A stretch of DNA of 64,000 bases from an uncultured Holophagales bacterium (GTDB lineage Bacteria > Acidobacteriota > Thermoanaerobaculia > UBA5066), in contig CAVOJA010000006.1 in assembly GCA_963696015.1 (NCBI GenBank), forward strand, positions 523-64,522. Reading direction: 5' to 3'. The translations under genes were made by a program, and so were the position numbers. Position 1 is the first letter of the stretch; each line of letters starts with the position of its first letter. Positions 26,899 to 34,692 of the stretch are shown here, piece by piece. The notes below the pieces were generated by a model. It ran no database searches. It saw only the letters and a program-made list of their open reading frames with translations, and was not told where the DNA came from.

Positions 26899-27675
26899 TC
26901 ACGTGGGTCGCCGGTAGCTCGCGGGCCTGCGGTCCGAAAGGACGGGGAACTTCCGGCGCACCTCGGCCACCGTCTCGGAGGAGATCTCGGCGACGAGCAC
27001 CGATTCCTGCTCCGCGGCCGAGACGATCGTCTCTCCCCACGGGCTGACGAGGGCCGAGTCTCCGAGGTAGCGCAGCCCGTCTCCCTCGCCGACGCGGTTC
27101 ACACCGGCGACGTACGCGAGGTTCTCGACGGCCCGGGCGCGCAGCAGGAGGCTCCAGTGGTGACGCCGCCGCTCGGGCCAGTTCGCGATCACGGCGTAGA
27201 GATCGGTCTCCTCTGCCGCGAAGCGAAAAGGCTCGGGGAAGCGGAGGTCGTAGCAGACGAGGGGCGTCACACGGAGTCCTTCGACGTCCCAGGTGACGAC
27301 GTCGGTCCCGTTCCCCATGACCTCGTCCTCTCCCGCGAAAGAGAAGGGGTGGATCTTCGTAAAACGCCTCGCGCGTCCATCGGGGGATACGAGAAGGGCC
27401 CGGTTCTGCGGGAGCGGCACGTCCGTCTCGGCGACGCCCGCGAGCAGGTGAAGGCCGAGGGCCGCGGCCCGCTCCCGCAGGAACGTCTCCGTCGGTCCGC
27501 CCTCCGGCTGGGCGATGCGGCGCCCGTCCATGGAGAAGCCCGTCGCGAACATCTCCGGCAGGATCGCGAGGCGGGCGCCGAGGGCCGCGGCCTGATCGAG
27601 CAGGCGGGAGGCCCGGGCGTGATTGGCGGGTACGTCTTCCCAGGCGATGTCGAGCTGGAGGAGAGCGACCTTCAT
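26899..27675 (-). CDS. Carbon-nitrogen hydrolase family protein (YafV/omega-amidase-like)
   Basis: Start MKVALLQLDIAWEDVPANHARA, followed by LPEMFATGF (catalytic Glu) and VCYDLRFPE (catalytic Cys context). An alternative upstream start exists at 27714. Confidence 0.8.
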   Translation of the reverse strand: MKVALLQLDIAWEDVPANHARASRLLDQAAALGARLAILPEMFATGFSMDGRRIAQPEGGPTETFLRERAAALGLHLLAGVAETDVPLPQNRALLVSPDGRARRFTKIHPFSFAGEDEVMGNGTDVVTWDVEGLRVTPLVCYDLRFPEPFRFAAEETDLYAVIANWPERRRHHWSLLLRARAVENLAYVAGVNRVGEGDGLRYLGDSALVSPWGETIVSAAEQESVLVAEISSETVAEVRRKFPVLSDRRPASYRRPT

Positions 27676-27814
27676 CGGCCCATTCTCGCGCGTCCGGCCC
27701 GCAGCGCGGGCCATCGGCAGGCCGGCTCCCGCGCCCTATCTCGCGCGCCGTATCTCGCGTTGACGAGCCCTCCCGGCCGCGGCTACCCTGCCGCCTCGTG
27801 CAGAGGGGGTGCCC

Positions 27815-29455
27815 ATGACGGCACACAAGGAACAGTGGGCGTCGCGCGCGGGGCTCGTCCTGGCGATGGCGGGCAACGCCGTGGGGCTCGGGAACTTCCT
27901 GCGCTTCCCGGCGCAGGCGGCGCAGAACGGCGGCGGGGCCTTCCTCATCCCGTACCTCGTCGCGTTCGTCCTGATGGGTATTCCGCTCCTCTGGGTGGAG
28001 TGGGCGATGGGGCGCTACGGGGGCCAGTTCGGCCACCACTCGGCCCCCGGGATCCTCGACCGGATGGGAAAGAGCCGCGTCCTGAAGTACATCGGCGTCT
28101 TCGGGCTCTTCACGAACCTGACGCTCGCGGCCTACTACTGCTACATCGAGAGCTGGACGCTCGCCTACGTCTGGCACTCCTTGAAGGGGACGTTCAAGAC
28201 GACGCCGCCGACGGAGTTCTTCCCCGCATACCTCGGGCAGCACGCCGGGTCGATCACCTCGCTGCCGCCCGAGGCGACGTTTTTCTTCGTGGTGACGCTC
28301 GCGCTGAACGGCTGGATCCTCTCCCGGGGCCTCGCGAAGGGGATCGAGATCGCGGCGAAGATCGGGATGCCGCTCCTCATCCTCTTCGGGATCATTCTCG
28401 TCGTCCGGGGGCTCTCGCTCGGGACGGGCGACCCGGGCGTCGTCGAGAGCCCGCTCAAGGGGCTCAACTTCGTCTGGAACCCGGATCTCTCCGGCCTCGG
28501 GGACTTCAACGTCTGGCTCGCCGCAGCGGGGCAGATCTTCTTCACGCTCTCCGTCGGCATGGGCTCGATCCACTGCTACGCCTCCTACGTGAAGAGGAAC
28601 CACGACGTCGCGCTGAACGCGGCGAGCGCGGGTTGGATGAACGAGTTCGTCGAGGTGATCCTCGGCGGGTCGCTGCTGATCCCGATCGCGACGGCCTACC
28701 TCGGTCTCGCGGCGGTCCAGAGCGCGACGAGCGGGGGGAGCGGATTCGCGCTCGGTTTCCTCACCCTGCCGACCCTCTTCAACAACTGGGGCTGGTTCGC
28801 GCCGGTGGCCGGGGCGATGTGGTTCGGGCTCCTCTTCTTCGCCGGGATCACCTCGTCCCTCGCGATGGGGCAGCCGATCATGTCCTTCCTCGCCGACGAG
28901 TTCGGGACCGCGCGCTCGAAGGGCGCGCTCCTCTTCGCCGGGTGCACGTTCGTCCTCGGAATGTGGTGCGTCTGGCTCTACCCGGGCGGCTCGTTCGACG
29001 AGTTCGACTTCTGGACCGGGACCTTCTCCCTCGTCGTCTTCGCCCTCCTCGAGGTGATCGTCTTCGCCTGGATCTTCGGGATGAAGAAGGGGTGGGAGGA
29101 GATCACGCGGGGGGCCGACATGAAGGTCCCGGTGATCTACCGGTACATCATTCCCTACGTGACGCCGCTCTTCCTCGCGGTCGTCTTCTTCGGTGCGCTC
29201 GTCCAGCCCGAGGGCGGGGAGTGGAAGGCGGCGGTGAGCGGCCTCTTCGACGGGCAGGGATGGCCCCTCTCGCCCGGAAGCGTCCTCGGCAAGCTGACGC
29301 ACGTCGGAGACGCCGGGGGCTGGCACGGCCCGAGCGGAGAGGTGACGTCGAGGATGGTGAAGGACCTGAGCCGGATCCTCCTCACCCTCGTCTTCGGGGC
29401 CTGCGCGCTCCTCGTCTTCGTGGCGTTCCGGAGGAAGGAAAGGAGGGCCTCGTGA
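27815..29455 (+). CDS. Neurotransmitter:sodium symporter (NSS/SNF) family transporter
   Basis: Contains EQWASRAGLVLAMAGNAVGLGNFLRFP, the hallmark NSS TM1 motif. About 12 TM segments. ATG at 27815, with an alternative GTG at 27809. Confidence 0.9.
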   Translation: MTAHKEQWASRAGLVLAMAGNAVGLGNFLRFPAQAAQNGGGAFLIPYLVAFVLMGIPLLWVEWAMGRYGGQFGHHSAPGILDRMGKSRVLKYIGVFGLFTNLTLAAYYCYIESWTLAYVWHSLKGTFKTTPPTEFFPAYLGQHAGSITSLPPEATFFFVVTLALNGWILSRGLAKGIEIAAKIGMPLLILFGIILVVRGLSLGTGDPGVVESPLKGLNFVWNPDLSGLGDFNVWLAAAGQIFFTLSVGMGSIHCYASYVKRNHDVALNAASAGWMNEFVEVILGGSLLIPIATAYLGLAAVQSATSGGSGFALGFLTLPTLFNNWGWFAPVAGAMWFGLLFFAGITSSLAMGQPIMSFLADEFGTARSKGALLFAGCTFVLGMWCVWLYPGGSFDEFDFWTGTFSLVVFALLEVIVFAWIFGMKKGWEEITRGADMKVPVIYRYIIPYVTPLFLAVVFFGALVQPEGGEWKAAVSGLFDGQGWPLSPGSVLGKLTHVGDAGGWHGPSGEVTSRMVKDLSRILLTLVFGACALLVFVAFRRKERRAS

Positions 29456-29595
29456 CGGCAGCGGCCTGGACGATGCTCGGGGTGACCTGGTCGGTCATCC
29501 TCTTCTTCACCCTCCGCTTCTTCGTGAAGGTCCTCCGGAACCCGACGCCGCCGGAGGCGGACGACGGGCCGGACATTCCCTTCAAGGACGCGTAG
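29452..29595 (+). CDS. Small membrane subunit of the NSS transporter (MetS-like)
   Basis: 47-codon ORF with a GTG start overlapping the NSS stop (GTGA) and AGGAAAGGAGGG just upstream. It has a single TM helix (WTMLGVTWSVILFFTLRFFV). Its position and size match the small partner genes of NSS importers. Confidence 0.55.
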   Translation: MTAAAWTMLGVTWSVILFFTLRFFVKVLRNPTPPEADDGPDIPFKDA

Positions 29596-29657
29596 GAGTA
29601 GACCCCCGAGGGGGGACGTTCGCCTCCCTCCTCCTTCCTTCCGCTCCTCTGCGGGCT

Positions 29658-30269
29658 TCAGCTGTGCTTCGCGGCCTTCTCGAGAGCGGCCTTGTGTGCC
29701 TTCTCGAAGTCCGCGGAGAACTTCTCGAGGAGGTCCTTCTCGTCGGCGGAGACCTTGCTCCCGAAGCCGAGGAAGCCGCCGGAAGCAGAGGCGACGGCCA
29801 GCGAGGCGGTCATCTGGTCGCTCCTGAGCGACGCGCGTTTCTCGTCCGGGAAGAGCTCCAGGAGCCGCTGGATGATCTCCATCGTCCGCTCGAAAAACTG
29901 CTGGGACGGCGGCGTCTCGAGCCACGAGAGGAGCTTCGCGTGGACGGGGGTCCCCTCGACCACGTTCCGGGCGGCCGCGATCCGCAGAATCTCCTCCCTC
30001 TCGGCCTTCGAGATCTCGCCGTCGACCCACGCGACCTGGAGGATCGGGACGAGGTGGAGGATCTGAACGGTCTCGCGGTCGTAGCCGGCCTCCTCGAAGG
30101 CCTTCAGGATCTCCTCGTCCTGCACGCCGTGGTGCTCGCCCAGTAGGCGCCGCTCGGCTGCTTTCGCCGCCCGGGAGCGGACCTTCTCGAGCAGCTCGGC
30201 CTCGGCCCTCAGGAAATACTCCTCCTCCTTGCTGCGGGCGCGTCCGGTCACGGCACGGGTTTCGGCCAT
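29658..30269 (-). CDS. Hypothetical protein, possibly TerB-like
   Basis: 203-aa helical protein. The segment ILHLVPILQVAWVDGEISKAEREEILRIAA resembles TerB/DjlA-N type repeats. GAGGAGG lies upstream of the ATG. The assignment is weak. Confidence 0.4.
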   Translation of the reverse strand: MAETRAVTGRARSKEEEYFLRAEAELLEKVRSRAAKAAERRLLGEHHGVQDEEILKAFEEAGYDRETVQILHLVPILQVAWVDGEISKAEREEILRIAAARNVVEGTPVHAKLLSWLETPPSQQFFERTMEIIQRLLELFPDEKRASLRSDQMTASLAVASASGGFLGFGSKVSADEKDLLEKFSADFEKAHKAALEKAAKHS

Positions 30270-30358
30270 CGGGTCATCCTCCTCGGGCGGTTTCGAGCGC
30301 GAAGCCGCCGCGACGTTTTACCAGAACGAGGCCGGCCGGTGTCACCTCCCGCCGCGCC

Positions 30359-32815
30359 TCATTCGTAGATCAGGAACCGGGCCCTTCGCCGCTCGAACTC
30401 CATCTGTCCGGCGGCCCAGCCCGAAACCACCTGTGCCGCCGAGTCGCCCCGCTCGAGCCGGGCGGCGGCGGCGTCGCTCGCGAGGAGTTCGCTGAAGCGG
30501 TCCCGCTTCCAGTCGGTGCCGTGGAGGTCCCGAAGAGCAGTTGCGATCTCGAGGCCGAGGGTGACCCCACGAAGGGCGTCGCGGTCGGTGACGGTCGTCC
30601 GGAGGCCCCGGCAGCGCTCTCCGGCGTACTTCGACGACTTCGGCGTGAATTCCACCGGCGCGAACCGAACGCCCGGGACGTTCCTCGTGTTGAGCGTCCG
30701 CGCGAGGCGCTCCGCGTCGATCCAGGGTGCCCCGAGGAGCTCGAAGGGGGCGTCGGTGCCGCGTCCGACGGAGACGTTCGTCGTCTCGAGGAGCGCAACC
30801 CCGGGGTAGAGCGCCGCCTGCGTGACCGAGCGGAGGTTTGGCGACGGGTCGACCCACGGGAGGCCCGTCTCGTCGTACCAGAGGGACCGCTTCCAGCCTC
30901 CGAGGGCGACGACGGTGAGCGTGGCGTCGATCCTCCGCTCTTCGTTCAGCATCCGGGCGAGCTCGCCGATGGTCATGCCGGTCCGGATCGGGATCGTGTG
31001 GACGGCCATGAAGGAGAGCCGGTCCGGGTCCGCGGGCGGCCCTTCGACGACCTCGCCGCCGATGGGGTTCGGGCGGTCGAGCACGACGACGCCGACCTTC
31101 GCCTTCGCGCACTCCTCCATCACGTACGCCATCGAGGTGAGGTAGGTGTAGAAGCGGGCGCCGGCGTCCTGAAGGTCGACGACGACGGCGTCGAGCCCCG
31201 CGAGGTCCTTCGGCGAGGGGCGCCTCTTCTCCCCGTAGAGGGAGACGACGGAAAGCCCCGTGGCCGGGTCGACGGTGTCGGCGACCTTCTCGTCGAGGGC
31301 CGCGGCGAGTCCGTGCTCCGGCGAGAAGAGCCGGACGAGCTTCACGCCGGCGGCCTTCGCCCTTTCAGAGAGGAGGACCGACGCGGTGCTCCTGCCGTCG
31401 CGCGTCACGCCGGTGGAGTTCGTCAGGAGAGCGACGCGCTTGCCCTTCAGCGCGGCGAAGCCCGAGGACTCGAGGACGTCGACGCCTGCGCGGACGTCGA
31501 ACGGAAGGGCGGGCGCGGGCCCCTTCTCGCGGGACACCGGGACGGCAGGGCGGGCTGCCAGGTGGGAGACGCGCTCGGAGGCGAGGCGGAGGGCTTCGGG
31601 AGAGGCGTCGGTGACGGCGGCGGCCACGACGCTCGCGAGCCGCGACCGGAGAGGGATCGCGTTGCCCGCTCCGTCGGGGTGGTTGCGGGCCGACAGGACG
31701 ACGACGAACGTGTCGGTCGCCGGATCGAGCCACATCGACGTCCCGGTCCAGCCGGTGTGTCCGAAGGAACCGAGGGGGAACAGGTCGCCCCGGCACGTCG
31801 AGTAGTGCGTCTCCACGTCCCAGCCGAGCGCGCGCAGGTCGCCGTCGCCGAAGTCCCGGACGCGCGTCATCGCGGCGACGCCGGCCGGCGAGAGCCAGCC
31901 GGCGCCGTCGCCCAGGAGCGCGCGGGCGAAACGGGCGAGATCGTCGGCGGTGCCGAAGAGGCCGGCGTGCCCCGCGACGCCGCCGAGGGCGCGGGCACGG
32001 GGATCGTGGACCTCCCCGCGGAGGAAGACGCCGTCCTGCTTCTCGGTCGGCGCGATCCTCGCGACGGGAAGACGACCCCCTCTTCCGATGGGACGAAACT
32101 CCGAATCCGTCATTCCGAGCGGGTCGAAGACTGCCCGTCGCGCGTAGACGTCGAGCGTCTCCCCGGTCACCGATCGGACGAGCTCGCCGAGGACCTCGTA
32201 GCCCGCGTCGGAGTAGAGGAACAGCCTTCCCGGGGGGTTCAGGAGCCGGCGCTGGTGCTTCTTCGCGAAGATCTCGGCCGGCGTTCCCAGGTAGAGGTCC
32301 ATTGGGTCGTCGGCGACGAGGCCGCCGCGGTGCGTGAGGAGCTGCTCGACGGTCACCTTTTCCCGCTCGCCGCCCCCGGTGCCGAAGGCGGGGAGGTACA
32401 CCACGACCGGGTCGCCGAGGCGAACGCGGCCCTGCTCGACGAGCGTCATCACCGCGCTGGCGGTCGCGACGGGCTTCGTGAGCGACGCGAGGTCGACCGC
32501 GGTGTCGACGGTCATCGGCTCGACTTCGGGCGCGAGCGCGCGATGGCCGTAGGCCTTCCGGAAGGCGACCTTGCCGTGCCGGCCCACGAGGACGACGGCA
32601 CCGGGAATCTCCTTCTTCGCGATGGACCGGTCGATGACCTCGTCGATACGCGAGAGACGTGCCGGAGAGAGGCCGACGGACTCGGGAGCGACGGTCTCGA
32701 GCGGCGGCGGGGCGGCGAGCGTCGCGACGCTCGCGAGAAGGGCCGGGAGCAGGACCAGGGACCCAAGCCGGGTGGCCCCGGATCGCGCGTCCGGGATGCG
32801 GGCGGGGGTCCTCAC
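30359..32815 (-). CDS. Exported fusion protein: beta-lactamase-fold serine hydrolase (AmiE/AmpH-like) plus DUF1343 / NamZ-like exo-beta-N-acetylmuramidase domain
   Basis: Signal peptide. The N-half has SLTK (SxxK), HRGGL and HTGWTG motifs of class-C beta-lactamase-fold enzymes. The C-half has DUF1343 features (GKRVALLTNSTGVTRDG, LFSPEHG, VVDLQDAGARFYTY, LDRPNPIGG). Confidence 0.75.
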   Translation of the reverse strand: MRTPARIPDARSGATRLGSLVLLPALLASVATLAAPPPLETVAPESVGLSPARLSRIDEVIDRSIAKKEIPGAVVLVGRHGKVAFRKAYGHRALAPEVEPMTVDTAVDLASLTKPVATASAVMTLVEQGRVRLGDPVVVYLPAFGTGGGEREKVTVEQLLTHRGGLVADDPMDLYLGTPAEIFAKKHQRRLLNPPGRLFLYSDAGYEVLGELVRSVTGETLDVYARRAVFDPLGMTDSEFRPIGRGGRLPVARIAPTEKQDGVFLRGEVHDPRARALGGVAGHAGLFGTADDLARFARALLGDGAGWLSPAGVAAMTRVRDFGDGDLRALGWDVETHYSTCRGDLFPLGSFGHTGWTGTSMWLDPATDTFVVVLSARNHPDGAGNAIPLRSRLASVVAAAVTDASPEALRLASERVSHLAARPAVPVSREKGPAPALPFDVRAGVDVLESSGFAALKGKRVALLTNSTGVTRDGRSTASVLLSERAKAAGVKLVRLFSPEHGLAAALDEKVADTVDPATGLSVVSLYGEKRRPSPKDLAGLDAVVVDLQDAGARFYTYLTSMAYVMEECAKAKVGVVVLDRPNPIGGEVVEGPPADPDRLSFMAVHTIPIRTGMTIGELARMLNEERRIDATLTVVALGGWKRSLWYDETGLPWVDPSPNLRSVTQAALYPGVALLETTNVSVGRGTDAPFELLGAPWIDAERLARTLNTRNVPGVRFAPVEFTPKSSKYAGERCRGLRTTVTDRDALRGVTLGLEIATALRDLHGTDWKRDRFSELLASDAAAARLERGDSAAQVVSGWAAGQMEFERRRARFLIYE

Positions 32816-34656
32816 TTCACCGCCTCCTTCCGCAGCCCTGTCCCTCGCGGGGCGACGCCGGGAATCGTCACCGGGAGCTTCCCTTCGATGGCCTCCTCTC
32901 CGTAGAGCGCGCGGACGGCAGCCGACTGGACGAGGGCCTGGGGGCCGTACCCGCAGAGGTAGGTCGTGAGCGCCGGCACGTCGCGCAGGAGGTAGGGGCT
33001 CCCGAACGAGACGGCGACGACCGGCCTGCCGGAGGCGAGGAGGGCGGCGATCGCCGCCTTCCCCTCCGCCGGAATCTCGAGCGTCCCTCGCCCGGAGCGC
33101 GGCCTCACGAAGAGGCCGACCAGGATGGCGTCTGCTGCTGCAGCCTTGTCGGCGAGGGCGGCCCCTTCTCCCGCGCAGGAGGTCGGGTCGAGGCGGACGT
33201 AATCGACCACCGCGGCCCTCCTCTTCAGCTCGGACTGGAGCGTCGTGTCGATCGCCACGGAGGCCCGGTCGTCGTGGATGGCGAGCGCGAGGAGCTTCGT
33301 GCCGGAGCGGAAGGGAAGGACCCCTTCGGCTTCGCGGACGAGCGTCAGGCCGCGCCGGGCGACCTCCTCCTCCGTCGCCTTCTGGGCGCGGGTGCCCGCC
33401 CGGGTGGAGATCTCCTGGAGAGGAATGCTCCGCTCGCGGAAGAGCCCGAGCCGTTCCTTCTCGGCGAGCACTCGCGCGACCGCCTGGTCGAGGCGGGCCT
33501 CGGGGAGGCGGCCGCTCGTCACCGCGGCGACGATCGCCGCGATGGCGACTTTCGCGTCGGGGGGCATCAGGACGACGTCGCCGCCGGCTTCGAGGACGCG
33601 CACGGCGGCCTCGCCGGTCTCGAAGTGCGCCACGACGCCTCCCATCGTCATCGCGTCGGTGAAGACGAGGCCGTCGAAGCGCATCTCCTCGCGCAGGAGC
33701 TTCGTCGTGATCCCGGGAGAGAGTGTCGCCGGAAGGGTCCTCTCCGTTTCGACTTCGGTGACGTCCTCGGTGAAGTCGTGCGTTCTCGGCGGGCTCTGGA
33801 GGATGGGGACCGGCGTCGCGTCGAGGGCAGGCACGGACAGGTGCGCGGTCATGACGCTCCGGGCTCCGGCGTCGAGGCCGGCCCGGAACGGGACGAGCTC
33901 GACCGCGTCGAGGCGTGCACGGTCGAAGGCGAGAACGGGGAGGGAGCGGTGCGAGTCGGTGGCGGTGTCGCCGTGCCCGGGGAAGTGCTTCAGCGTCGCG
34001 AGGACGCCGCCGTCCTGTAGTCCTTTCACGGTCGCCGCGACGAAGCGGCCGACGGCGACCGGCTCCTCGCCGAAGCTCCGCACGTTGATGACGGGGTTGT
34101 CGGGGTTGTTGTTCACGTCGGCGACCGGGGCGAAGACGACGTGGATCCCGATGGCGCGTGCCGCCTCGGCCGTCCCGCGGGCGCGACGCGTGGCGAGGTC
34201 GAGGTCTCCCGCCGCCGCGACGGCCATCGCCGATGGTCCGAAGACGAGGTCGGGGAGACGCATACCGGGTCCTGCCTCGAGGTCGGCGGCCACGAGGAGC
34301 GGCACCTTCGCCTTCGCCGCGAGGCGGTGGTTCAGGTCGGCCGTCTCGAGCGGGGTCGAGGCGAACCAGATGACGCCGCCGATTCCCTCTTCGGAGACGA
34401 GCCGCGCGAGGTCGAAGTATTCCGGGTCGTCCTCCGCGCGGTAGACGCCGCGGGAGCCGACCATGACGACCTGCCCCGCCTTCTCGCGAAGGGAAAGGGA
34501 GGCGACGGAGGGGGCGCGGACGGGGAGTGCGGAGGTCGCCGGGGCGGTCGCGGGCCCGGACGTGGTACAGGCGCCGACGAGGACGGAGAAGGTGAGGAAG
34601 AGAGGGCCGCCGGAGGTTCGGCGGCCCGTTGCGTGGGTTTCCTGTACGTGCGGCAC
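32812..34656 (-). CDS. nagZ: Glycoside hydrolase family 3 beta-N-acetylhexosaminidase (two-domain, YbbD/NagZ-like), predicted lipoprotein
   Basis: Contains KHFPGHGDTATDSH, the GH3 NagZ signature. The N-terminus has a lipobox-like LVGAC. Its stop overlaps the start of the downstream fusion gene by 4 nt. Confidence 0.85.
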   Translation of the reverse strand: MPHVQETHATGRRTSGGPLFLTFSVLVGACTTSGPATAPATSALPVRAPSVASLSLREKAGQVVMVGSRGVYRAEDDPEYFDLARLVSEEGIGGVIWFASTPLETADLNHRLAAKAKVPLLVAADLEAGPGMRLPDLVFGPSAMAVAAAGDLDLATRRARGTAEAARAIGIHVVFAPVADVNNNPDNPVINVRSFGEEPVAVGRFVAATVKGLQDGGVLATLKHFPGHGDTATDSHRSLPVLAFDRARLDAVELVPFRAGLDAGARSVMTAHLSVPALDATPVPILQSPPRTHDFTEDVTEVETERTLPATLSPGITTKLLREEMRFDGLVFTDAMTMGGVVAHFETGEAAVRVLEAGGDVVLMPPDAKVAIAAIVAAVTSGRLPEARLDQAVARVLAEKERLGLFRERSIPLQEISTRAGTRAQKATEEEVARRGLTLVREAEGVLPFRSGTKLLALAIHDDRASVAIDTTLQSELKRRAAVVDYVRLDPTSCAGEGAALADKAAAADAILVGLFVRPRSGRGTLEIPAEGKAAIAALLASGRPVVAVSFGSPYLLRDVPALTTYLCGYGPQALVQSAAVRALYGEEAIEGKLPVTIPGVAPRGTGLRKEAVK

Positions 34657-34692
34657 GGCGGCCGAATCATAGGCGCGGCGGCCGCCGCCCGC

